Origin: the human T2T-CHM13v2.0 reference genome, Homo sapiens
Assembly: GCF_009914755.1 (NCBI RefSeq)
Contig: NC_060932.1
Reading direction: 5' to 3' (one strand)
Length of the DNA stretch: 64,000 bases
Made by a program: the position numbers and the translations under genes. Numbering within the stretch: the stretch's first letter is position 1; each line of letters starts with the position of its first letter. Shown one piece after another: positions 14,730 to 25,815 of the stretch. The notes beneath the pieces were generated by a model. The model was not told where the DNA came from and ran no database searches. It saw nothing but the letters and a program-made list of their open reading frames with translations.

Positions 14730-15041
14730 TTTTTTTTTTTTTTTTTTTTTTTGAGACGGAGTCTCGCTCTGTCGCCCAGGCCAGACTGCGGACTGCAGTG
14801 GCGCAATCTCGGCTCACTGCAAGCTCCGCTTCCCCAGGTTCACGCCATTCTCCTGCCTCAGCCTCCCGAGTAGCTGGGACTACAGGCGCCCGCCACCGCG
14901 CCCGGCTAATTTTTTGTATTTTTAGTAGAGACGGGGTTTCACCTTGTTAGCCAGGATGGTCTCGATCTCCTGACCTCATGATCCACCCGCCTCGGCCTCC
15001 CAAAGTGCTGGGATTACAGGCGTGAGCCACCGCGCCCGGCC
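14730..15041 (-). mobile_element. AluYb8 (human-specific)
   Basis: Diagnostic 7-bp duplication (gactgcggactgcag), plus ccttgttagcc, cctcatgatccac and gcgcaatctc. CpGs almost all intact. T27 tail. TSD GAGAAATAATTTT at 14717-14729 and 15042-15054. Confidence 0.97.
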
Positions 15042-16177
15042 GAGAAATAATTTTATAGAATCCTTTTAGCATATTAATATTCTAAAACACCTGCAGGACA
15101 CATTATTAATGACAACGAGAGACTTTCAGATATTACTCAAATAAATCATAACATCTCTAATTGGCCTTTGGCTGTTCTCATCAATTTGGGAAAAAACATG
15201 TTTAAACCATCCCTAAATTATAAGATGTTTTACAGTCAGAGAATTTATCTGCTGATTATTTAAATGAGGAGTCATACTTACTATGCTCATGTATATTACA
15301 CTGCACATTTATCCCTTGCAAAATAATATATTTTACAAGCTCATGTCAAAGTATTAATTTAAGTGATTGACTTACCAAAAGAATGCTTTGTGGAGGGAGA
15401 GGGAGAGATTTTGAGTGTCTTTTCAAAATATAAATAAAGTGTATCTTATAATTCTTTTACATTACGTCTAAGTAAGTATAATTCAGAACAACAAGCTCTG
15501 AAACACTCGTGAAGCTAGGCAATATGTGTAAGCTGCATATTAGCAAATTTAATAATCTAGGAAAAGTCAACCCACTGAAATTTCACTCTCCTATTCTGGG
15601 TTCAATAATTACTTAAGTTTTATACTATCCCATGGCATACATTATACATTTTCTTCTCTAGTGAAACACTATTTTTCTTTACAAAAGAAAACACCAAAAA
15701 CATTGATTTAAATATAATAAATGCATGTTGTATGTGCATTGAAAGAAGGTCTAAATTTGTATTACAGTAACAAGTAAATGGAAAAACGAGCATATTTCTA
15801 TAGGACTATAGGAATGCAATGACCATATGTATATAAATCCCATTTTTTCATGGCAGGTATGTATTATATAACACATTGACACATAAAATGTGAACCATCC
15901 AAAAAACAAAGTATTAGGTGACATTTGATTATTTCTTTGATTATTTCTTATTAAATTTTGAATTTCATTCTTTTTCCCTTTATAATCTGATTTTCTTTCT
16001 GCCTCTGATCACTTTTACTACCACTGTATTTTCTGCAGGCTCATATTCTTCTAAGAAGAAACCAATTGTTGCAATTTCACTGGCTTCAGTGAAAGGCTTT
16101 CTTCTCACCAGGTACATTTTTGCTTGTCTATGCATGCTGAGGCTTACCTCCATGCGAATGATACAGAATTTGACATT

Positions 16178-16480
16178 CTAGTGCAGATGCTTCTCTGAGC
16201 TCCAAACACATATGCACAATTGCTACTTTGACATCTCTTTTCTATTTCAAACTCAACCTATTCACATCTAGAAGCATCAAAAGATAATTTTATATGTACT
16301 GACACCCAGAGTAGTCTTTTTTTGAATCCAAGTGAATAGATCAACCATCCATCTCATATCTCACGACCAGTACTTTGAGTCCTCCCCAACATCTGCTTCC
16401 CTCTCAGCTCCTTTTCCAATTCATCTCAAGATCGCGGTGACTTTACTTTTACTCCCTAAGTATTTCTCAAATTTACCTCC
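16178..16480 (+). mobile_element. L2 fragment
   Basis: ctctgagctccaaacacatat...tgacatctc...tcaaactcaac. Confidence 0.65.
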
Positions 16481-16564
16481 ATATCCAGACTGCATTCAGA
16501 AATGGCATTTTCAAAATACAGCTCTCTCTTTTTTTCTTTTATGCACGTGCACGCATACACACAT

Positions 16565-17530
16565 GCCTTGCCATTTTATGGCAAAAGGAGTGTGTTAATG
16601 GGATCATAAACATGAAATCCACTTGTATTACCATGTTCTATAACCCAGAAGTAGTTGGCCTATTCTACCAATTGAATAGTGGAATGGCATATTGAAGGGT
16701 CAACTAAGATGTCAACTCAGGGACAAAACTTTAAGGAGCTGGAGCACCCTGTCAGAATGTGGTCACTGTTGTGAACCAAAGGCTGGTATATGGTCATGTG
16801 TCTCCAATAGTTGAAATACCAGAACTTTGTCACCAAGGCTAAAAGCAGGATTGGAACCTCTCACCATCACTCTTAGAGACTCACTTGCAGAATTTATTCT
16901 TCCAATCCATTCATCCTTAGCATCTTCTAGATTACAGACTCTGACACTTAGGATAAAAATCATTGAGGTGACACAATAAGAGCTTCGCTGAACTGAACAT
17001 TTGACTACCACCTGGCCATGTTGGATTCACATTCCAGTGTTCCCACAAGAAAACAATAGAATGACTAGACTATGTAACTAGAGTGATGAGAATAAATGAC
17101 CTTGTTAGCATGGAACTGCTATAGGGAGAAGTGTGTCTAGAATAATGAGGGCTCAATTGGCATCACTTCCTGTTTCCACGCCTAGTAATAACTGTGATTG
17201 GATAACCAAAGTAACCATAACCTGATAAGGACAAGGCACTTATGGGCCCAAAGACTTAAATATAGGTTCAGTCCGTCTTACCAGACAGCCTGAAGTACAG
17301 GTCAACTGTGAATAAAAAGAAGTTCCAAGACCAGATGCAGCAGTGGGGATTGCATCTCTGTTTATTTGCTAACTAACTTCTTTAAAGTCTTTTTTAGGTC
17401 ATTTAAATGGCTGCCATTCTGAAGAATTGGAATTGCATTGCCCTTCTTAGAGATGGAAGATTCAGTTTTCACTTGTGATACAGTTATCATAAGAGGGTAT
17501 AAGCTTATCTGAAAGGTTCAGGGTGTACAC
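16565..17530 (+). pseudogene. Degenerate ERVL internal region: integrase C-terminal half and dUTPase remnant
   Basis: Translates with stops and frameshifts to HFMAKGV.*W...H.IH..YHV, IE*WNGILKGQLRCQL, VNQRLVYGHVSPI, PLTIT..D.LAEFILP and PPGH.G, matching HERV-L pol. Followed by a PPT-like agggtgtacac. Confidence 0.8.
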
Positions 17531-18217
17531 TGTACCAGATCCAGTTTCCAAGTATCACCAGATCCACTCAGGGCAACTTGCTCCCTGGATCTTGGCTTCC
17601 CCTTCTGATCTATCCAACAGGAGAGATGTAATGTCAAGTTATAATCCCTGGCAACCACTGCTTTCACCTCATCTTTTTTTTAAATTATACTTTAAGTCCT
17701 GGGATACATTTCACCTTATCTTTTAACATGAATTATCTTAGCCTTTCCCAAGGACATGGACTAACCTTCAGCAATACCTCCATTAAACCCACCTCAGTTC
17801 CAGTATATACAGGTCTTACAGACAGAGTTATGATAGCTCTACCATCCCCAGAGACTTCCTAAAACAACCAAAGTAACAGAATCTGGAAGTGGTGGAAGTT
17901 AACAGTATATAGGGAAAATTTTGACTAGGGAGCAATGAGACAAGAAGGAATCTACATACCAACTACTCATTCTTCCCCAACCTGACAACAGGGATTCCAT
18001 TTATTCACCCTTAACTTGAATCATGTGACTGATTAACTACCTGGGTGCTTTTGTGAGAATGTGCCCTGTTCAGAACCACATAACTCCAAATTGGCTTTCT
18101 CTTTTTTCTCATTTGTTCTTTCCCACCTCTCTTAAATCCCAGAATTATAACCCACAGTAAAGTATTAGTAAGTAAGCATTGTCTCAATCTGTTATTTAGG
18201 GAACCTGGGCTCAAAAA
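17531..18217 (+). mobile_element. ERVL 3' LTR (LTR33/LTR41-like)
   Basis: Starts TGT right after the PPT. Contains ggaagttaac and ends ttgtctcaatctg...gggaacctgggct. Confidence 0.65.
17678..17708 (-). mobile_element. Extremely truncated L1PA 3' tip (~31 bp)
   Basis: ttttaaattatactttaagtcctgggataca. TSD TTTCACCT(C/T)ATCTTTT at 17662-17677 and 17709-17724. Confidence 0.8.
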
Positions 18218-18913
18218 CCTTATGAAACACGCCAAAGTCCTCTAACTTATCCCACAACCCCTGTTACCAGCAGAGGTAGCTGCTGAAACTCGAAGTATTT
18301 ATAAACATAATTTATCTTTTGTTTGTTTCTTAAACAAAATGGATATCCACCTAAGGATAGGAATCATGGGGAGCCTCCAAATCCCTTTTAAAAGTCTAAA
18401 GGAACTTGTTTACTCAGCAAAGGAAGAAATATTTCCAAATATTATAAAATAATGTGCAGACACACAAGTGTTTGGCACATGTTTATCAAGGATTAAAGCA
18501 TTAGTAAGTGAAAAGAGAAAGAAAAGTAGGTTGGTTTAACATTATACCATGGTAAATATTATTTTATTAAGACTCAAGGATATGAGAAAACAGAAGGATT
18601 TTCACTATGAAATATTTAAACATGTGAGGAAAATGAAATTGAAAGGGAACACATTATGTACTTCTGAAAAGTTTTGACAGAACCTCGTCAGATGCAGAAA
18701 ATGAGAAAGATAGAGAAGGAAAAATACAGCCTAATGATGTACATCAAAAAATTTAGAACAGATTTTTATAAATCATATATAAAACCTGTTTAACAATTCA
18801 TTAGCTAGTTCTTTTTCTCACACCTAGTTTTCTAAGTCCTTCCATTTTTCCCAGAGCTGATATGCTTGGGTATTTTGAGTATGGAACCTGTCCTGCCAAG
18901 CAAAGGATTCGCC

Positions 18914-19120
18914 TTATAGTCACTATTGTTAATATTAATATTTCTTGTATTTATTCTTTTTAAAACTTCAGAAGAATCTGCCAATCATTTGTAATTAACA
19001 TTTATTAAGGCCTTAGCACTTTGACAAGTATGTTATTTTACCAGCCTTCATGGTGGCAAAGCAGAAACATGAAACTAAAGAGCTTATCTTACTGGCTCAA
19101 AAACACACAACCACATATTA
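18914..19120 (+). repeat. Donor copy of a ~200-bp local duplication (partly MIR-derived)
   Basis: Aligns end to end with 23828-24027. Confidence 0.92.
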
Positions 19121-19599
19121 GATCATGGATCCAATGTTCCTATTTGACAGATTAAGCCTCTGTTCTACATTCCACGTGCCGTATTTTCCAAGGATGGTCA
19201 CTCAACTCAAAGGCTGTTAGTTATTTTCAATTCCAAATATAAAGATACTGAATTCTTCTTCCCAAGATCAACATACTGTATCAAAGGAGGAAGGATGTTC
19301 AAACCAATCTTGGTATCAGTCCCCCTGCCCTGCATGCCTGTTAAGAGCAGGGAATTGGGTTAAAAAGAACAAATGCTCTTAGCCCAAGGATAAAAGCATT
19401 AAGAAGTAATATCTTCAATATAATAGTTTTTGTAGGAATAATAAAAACATGATATTTTTAAATGAAAATGCTATTATATTTTTAAAATATTTTTAAAATA
19501 TATATCATTACTAGAAAAAGTATTATATACAATATTTATTGACTTTCAATCAGCATTAACTATATATGTTAAGATTTTTAAATGTGGCCTTTTTCTAAT

Positions 19600-19728
19600 T
19601 ACTTATTCATTAGTTCCTCAGATAAATTTAAGTATCTACTATGTGCTACGAACTATGCTTAGTGCTAAGAATGCAGTGGCAAGCCAAGCAGCCTTGTTGC
19701 TTCCATTCATAGAAGTTACAGTCTAAGG
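19600..19728 (-). mobile_element. L2 3' end
   Basis: tctactatgtgct...ctatgcttagtgct...ttacagtcta. Confidence 0.7.
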
Positions 19729-19847
19729 ATTACATCAGGCATAATCCGTTACAGAAGACCCAGAAGTAGCAGCAGGATTTCATAACTATTGTAAACTTGG
19801 GACTGTGATTTAACACCTTTTTTGAGAAAAAGATAGACATGTTTAGA

Positions 19848-20408
19848 TATACCTAAAGGAATATAAATCATGCTGCTATAAAGACACATGCACACGTATG
19901 TTTACTGCAGCACTACTCACAACAGCAAAGACTTGGAACCAACCCAAATGTCCAACAATGATAGACTGGATTAAGAAAATGTGGCACATATACACCATGG
20001 AATACTATGCAGCCATAAAAAATGGTGAGTTCATGTCCTTTGTAGGGACACGGATGAAGCTGGAAACCATCATTCTCAGCAAACTATCGCAAGAACAAAA
20101 AGCCAAACACCACATGTTCTCATTCATAGGTGGGAACTGAACAATGAGAACACTTGGACACAGGAAGGGGAACATCACACACCAGGGCCTGTTGTGGGGT
20201 GGGGGGAGGGGGGAGGGATAGCATTAGGAGATATACCTAATGTAAATGACCAGTTAATGGGTGCAGCACACCAACATGGCACATGTATACATACGTAACA
20301 AACCTGCACATTGTGCACATGTACCCTAGAACTTAAAGTATAATATATATATATATATTAGTATATATATATATAAAATAGTATATATATATAAGTATAT
20401 ATATAATA

Positions 20409-20454
<46 letters not shown>

Positions 20455-20458
20455 AAAA
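19848..20458 (+). mobile_element. L1PA4/5-type 5'-truncated L1 with its tail converted to (TA)n
   Basis: ORF2 C-terminus (TAKTWNQPKCP...IGGN) and the complete 3'UTR to cttaaagtataat. TSD ACATGTTTAGA at 19837-19847 and 20459-20469. Confidence 0.95.
20341..20455. repeat. Interrupted (TA)n array
   Basis: About 115 bp, with a perfect TA run at ~20414-20450. Confidence 0.95.
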
Positions 20459-21667
20459 ACATGTTTAGAATGTTTCTAAGAAGAATTTGGATAACTTTAC
20501 TTAGTAGTCACAACAAGCCAGTCAACTAGCTGAAATTTTAAGAGGTAGGCAGTTTCCAATGCACGAGAAAAACGCAATGCAATGAAAAACTATATAATAT
20601 AACTAGGGCTCAGGGTCTCAATGGACAAAACAGGGGGCTCACTAATGGACTGCTGAGCATTTGTCCTATGACCTGCTGACTACTCCCAGCTGATTTTAAG
20701 ACTATTACATGCTGCAGATGTAATATTAACTGAGAAACGTTAGGGAAGTTAATTCGTGGCCTCCTAAAGAATTGGAGATCATGAAGGAAAAATATCATGA
20801 TCTATTAATCTAAATAAACATTTTTGCTCTAGAAATCCTAAAGATTTTTTGTAGTGATTTGGCAGAAAGAGAAATAATAGATTTGACTCTTATAGAGTTT
20901 ACACCTACTAAAATATACCTATTCTATTTGCCTTTGATTGTCTATGGTTCAGATTGAAAAACTTGACAGTTTACACCGACATAATTTGTTTGGCCTCATC
21001 TATAAACATTGGAAGTATTCTTACCACACACTCAGATGAAAAATTCAGCCCTCTTACCAGCCCAGCTTCTTGACAACCCTGCTAACTGCAAATTCAGCTC
21101 TGAGCATTAACTCTTAGCGTTGTTAAGCAGTTTTAGCTCATGCATATACAAGCTTCCCCTATTCTTAATTTTGGAGACCATTTGACTGTTTCATTAAATT
21201 TACTTTCATTCTTAATTTTATATTGCTCTTATAGGTTTATGAAAATCTTTCAGTAGTTATGAGTTTATTGCTTTTCTAGCTTTAGTATTCATCTTTGGAC
21301 TTTATAATTTACCAATTTAAAGAATTGTATTGGCTTTTGCTATTTCTCTTTGTGGTAATAAAATTATATTAAGTCATAAACACTAGGCTCCTCAGTTGTT
21401 TTATCTTATTTTTAGCTTTTGTTTTTAGAATCTTTATTATTCTATTTACTATTGATGCTTTATGATTTCTGACTTTGGTTGTAACATGTTTTTTTTAAAT
21501 TATTTTTCTATATTAACTAGTAACTTCTTCTGATATTAAATAAGAATGAAACAGTAGGCAAAGGGTAGGAGAAAAAAGTGAACAGGCAAAAGATAACCAT
21601 AAGCAATTTAAATTACAATAACCTTTAATTTTTTAATACTCTGTAAAAAGGAAACACTGTTAAGAAT

Positions 21668-21774
21668 ATGTGCATGTGTGTGTGAGTATATATATGTGCA
21701 TGTGTACATATGTTATCTATTTGTATATGTGTGCATCTACATATATACATATGTGTGTATATACAAATAAATAA

Positions 21775-21810
<36 letters not shown>
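21668..21810. repeat. Compound (TG)/(TA)/(CA) microsatellite
   Basis: Alternating purine-pyrimidine tract ending in (CA)n. Confidence 0.9.
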
Positions 21811-21812
<2 letters not shown>

Positions 21813-22397
21813 TATATGACTACCCAGATATAGACGATCACAACTCTGAAGGCAGGAAAGTAACTTATTGCCAACCCACTTTCCATTTGCACTGCTGCCT
21901 CCCTGACTGAGTCTTGTATCACATTTATTTGCCAGAATCTTGAAATTGCTTTCCAACTCTTCTCCCTTATTCTAGGGTGCATTCTGGCTGTTCATTGTTT
22001 AGGAAAAACTTGAACTCTGCTTAATTAGGGTTCATGTTCATGAAAGCATAATCAAAACCTAAAGAAAATTGAAGCTTCTCATCTGTCAAAACTATGCTAG
22101 GTCTAGTCGTAGACATATGATTGGTTTAAAAAATTGTATTGGCAATTTTGTTTTAATACTATTCCATTCCTTCAGAATCAGACATAATTGTTAAGTTAAT
22201 AGCACTTTTGTTACTTTGGTTATATTTTCAAATCCATATTATGTCTGGCACGTTGAGTATTTTGATGTACTTTTTTGGTGGTTTAAGATAATCAAAAGTG
22301 AAACAAGAGGTTATCTACCTAGCAAATCCTACATATTCTAAATTCAGTCAAGAATTTTTTCCCAAGAAATTTATGTCCAAATAATGCTCATACAAAA

Positions 22398-22525
22398 CTG
22401 AGTGCAGTGGCTCACACCTGTAGTTCTAGCTATTTGGAGGTCATTGAGCCTGTGAGTTCAAGACTGCAGTGAGCTATGATTGCTCCATTACACTCCAGCC
22501 TGGGTGACAGAGCAAGACCCTGTCT
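22398..22525 (+). mobile_element. FRAM/AluJ right-monomer type element with a small internal deletion
   Basis: cctgtagttctagcta...gagttcaagactgcagtgagctatgatt...gcaagaccctgtct. Confidence 0.85.
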
Positions 22526-23164
22526 ACATACATATTTAAATCAAAGAGGTGTAATTTAACTGCTTTGGCTCATTTAAATGTCACCAGTTGACTCACAAGT
22601 GAAAAGAATTTCTACATCATTGTGCATAAAACTGTTACTGAAATTTCTTAAATTGATTTTGCTAGCAACTGGACTCAAGAACAAGGGAAGAAAAAGGATT
22701 ACTATCTATTAAACTCAGAGAACACATATATATTCATCCAACATTAATTGAGTTTTGAAAATGAATGAAAAACCTTTTTATCAATGATACTGAAGTTCTT
22801 CAATGAGGAGCAAAAGAAGTTCTACGGTAGAGTAATACAAAACCCAGTCTTCGAGGAAAAAACTTTCCTTGCATATATTGTCTCAAATATGTGTCTTTAT
22901 TTTTTCAAAATCAAAATATGGCTAAAATACACTAATCCTTTATAAATAAACTCGTTAAGAAAGCTAATTTTCCTTGATTGCTTTCAGTGTTTTAACTTTT
23001 GATAGGTTAATGATTAACACTGAGCTTTCTCCAACTACATATTAAGTAACCAGAGATTGCACTGAAACACAATCTGCCACAGACAACGTTTGCACTTGAG
23101 CCCAAGTAACTTGTTAAGAGACAATAACTACTGCAGCCACAACAGCAACAACACTCTTTACAAT

Positions 23165-24120
23165 AATAAAACAGAGTAAGCAGTCTCCAGATTGCGATAA
23201 TGCAAAATTACCTGATATATGGAGAAACAAAAACACATGTTCAATTCTCAAGAGCAGAGACAATAAATGAGGATCAACCTCATGATAACCCAGACATTGA
23301 AATGAGCACATAAGGATTTAAAGCAGCTATTATAAATATATTCAAAGATAAATAAATAAATAAAAATATAAAAATCAGAGCAGAGAGGTAGAAATTTTTA
23401 AAACCCAATGAAAATCTTAGAACTAACATATGTAACATTTAAGACAAAAAAATTCACTGGACAAGCTCAATAGCAGAATGGAGATGACTGAGAAAAGAGA
23501 CAGTGAAAATGAAGATAGATCCATATAAATGATCGAATCTGAAAACCAGGAAGAGCAAACAACTTTTTAAAATCAGCCTATCAAAATATCTACAATATAT
23601 ATAATTGATCTTCCAGAAGGAGAAGAGAGAATATAGTAGAACAATACTTTTTTAAATATATAAGAACTTATCAAATTTGATGAATGACATAAATTCACAG
23701 AATTTACAGAAAGATGTGATGAAGAACCCCATGTTCAGGTACACTGCAGTCAACCTGTGTAAAATGCAAGCTAAAGAGAAATTACTGAAAGCAGCCTGAG
23801 AAAAATGTTACTTATGAGGAATAACTATTATAGTCACTATTGTTAACACTAACATTTCTTGCATTATTCTTCTAAAAACTTAAAAACAACCTGTGAATCA
23901 TTTTAAATTTATTAAGACCTTAGCACTTTGACAAGTACGCTATTTTACCAGCCTTCATGTTGGCAAAGGAGAAACATGAAACCAACGAGCTTATTTTACT
24001 GGCTCAAAAACACACAACTGCATACTAACTTTGTATCAAAAACTATGGAGGCTAAAGACAGTGGAATACCATCTTTAAACTGCTTAAAGGGAAAAAACAA
24101 CTATCAATTCAGGATTCTGA
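23165..24120 (+). mobile_element. Old L1M ORF1 region, interrupted by the duplicated segment
   Basis: aaagcagctattataaatat, ctcaatagcagaatggagatgac, ccagaaggagaagagaga, gaaagcagcc, aactatggaggct...cagtggaat. Confidence 0.8.
23828..24027 (+). repeat. Acceptor copy of the ~200-bp local duplication
   Basis: About 22 substitutions plus a few indels versus 18914-19120, counted by eye. Confidence 0.92.
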
Positions 24121-24184
24121 TTTGTCTTTTGGTCTATGAACTCAATTTGTGAATTTATATGAGGCTTCCCTGATATATTTGCAT

Positions 24185-24372
24185 TTATATATACGTGTAT
24201 TTGTCTCTGTGTGTGTATATCTATATGCACACACGTGTGTATGACTATATGCACACACGTGTGTGTATGACTATATGCACACACGTGTGTATATGCACAC
24301 ACGTGTGTATATGCACACACATATGTACACAATGCATATATATATACATATATGTACACACATATACATACT
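24185..24372. repeat. Purine-pyrimidine minisatellite with palindromic units TATATGCACACACGTGTG
   Basis: Four intact units plus one degenerate unit at 24222-24326. Confidence 0.9.
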
Positions 24373-24559
24373 TACATGAATAATTCTGTATCAGACCACT
24401 AGGTGATTTATGAAAAACAATTCATGTCCTCAAAAACCTTATGGTTTAGATGAGGAGACTTGGTTCATGTTGTAAAATAAACAATTGATGATCCAAAACA
24501 GAGCTATCTCTACCAGAACCAATCCATTCTGAAAAAGTGGGATTATAAATCTGGTGAAT

Positions 24560-25187
24560 TTCTTTTTAGCTATTATTTTCTTCATAAAAATTGTAATACT
24601 TTCCACATGCTATTTTATTTGTCCAAGTACCTTATTTCCCCGCTCTATATTCCTTCTTGGGGTTCATACAATATCTGTTATCCCAATGCTTCTTCCTGTT
24701 GCTTCATTTAATTTATTTTTCTTTTCCTTACATTTGCCAAACAATAGTTTGACAGGATGATTTTTTTATACTCACATCCTCAAGCTCTCAAAATTGTGTT
24801 TCCTGAGAAACACCTGGTGCCAGCTCAGTTCACCGCAGTTTTCATCTTTATGTTAGAAAACAAAGTATAGATTTTGTACCTCCCGGAGAGTCCTTCGTTT
24901 CCCACATGCTTTCTTTGTGCTAGTACTGCTTCTGGGATGCACTGTTTCCAGTCCCTCTCAATGCTGTGATTTCTCTCCATAGCTTCTCAGCTCTATTCCC
25001 TACTGCACAGCTTCTGCCTAATTTCAGCTCTGTTCGCAGCCTTTACCTCTAATACAAAACCTGAGGATTATAGTGTCTCCTCATTTTGCTGACTATAGAG
25101 TTGTGATCATTTTTGGTTTTGAATAACTTCCAGGAGGAGGAAGAGAGACTGTTGTTGATTTACTCAGTCACATTCCTACTAGAAGTC
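24560..25187 (-). mobile_element. Ancient HAL1/L1M-type 5' region
   Basis: Ends tttactcagtcac...tagaagtc, the reverse complement of a gactt-type 5' start. Confidence 0.4.
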
Positions 25188-25680
25188 TACTTTTATATTT
25201 TAAAATAACTCGTTTTGACTGCTGTTTATTTATATTTCATTCTTTATCACTAAGCCTAAATAAAGTCAAACATACTCCCTTCCTTCTATGCTCCCAACAG
25301 AACTATATTACAATTTTGAGTTGAATCTGTAATCAGCATCCACATGGATATTAACCAGTTATAATTTTTAAAACAAACCAAATGACTATATCTTATTTCT
25401 TTTACTTTTTTTTACTGGATGGAGTTTATTGTCTAACTATTTTTGTTTGCTTACTAAATTTACTATGTAGCTATCACTAATTTACTCCCAAATTCTGATC
25501 TTTACTCTCAATTCAGATCTTCAGAGTTTCTTCTGAACTTCAATTTCTGAAGTTTAGAGTGAATCTACAGAGCTCAACTTACATGCCCCTTAGTGTTTTG
25601 CATTTAGCTTTCCTCTCACTTCATATGCTAATTCAGATGCCATTTGGCAATAAGCATTTTTACAAAAACAAATAACTCAT

Positions 25681-25815
25681 TAATTTTAATTGACAAATAC
25701 AAATTGTATATATTTACCCTGTATAGCATGATGTAATGTATAAACATGGGAGTGAAGATATTTCTTCAACATAGTGATTTCATTGTCTTTGGGTATACCC
25801 AATAATGGAATTGCT
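25681..25815 (-). mobile_element. L1MA 3' fragments
   Basis: ttttaattgacaaat..aattgtatatattt; aacatgggagtg..gatat; ctttgggtataccc. Confidence 0.7.

Noticed and set aside
21625-24383. ORFs rich in CV, HT or YI repeats
   Set aside because: Microsatellite translations.
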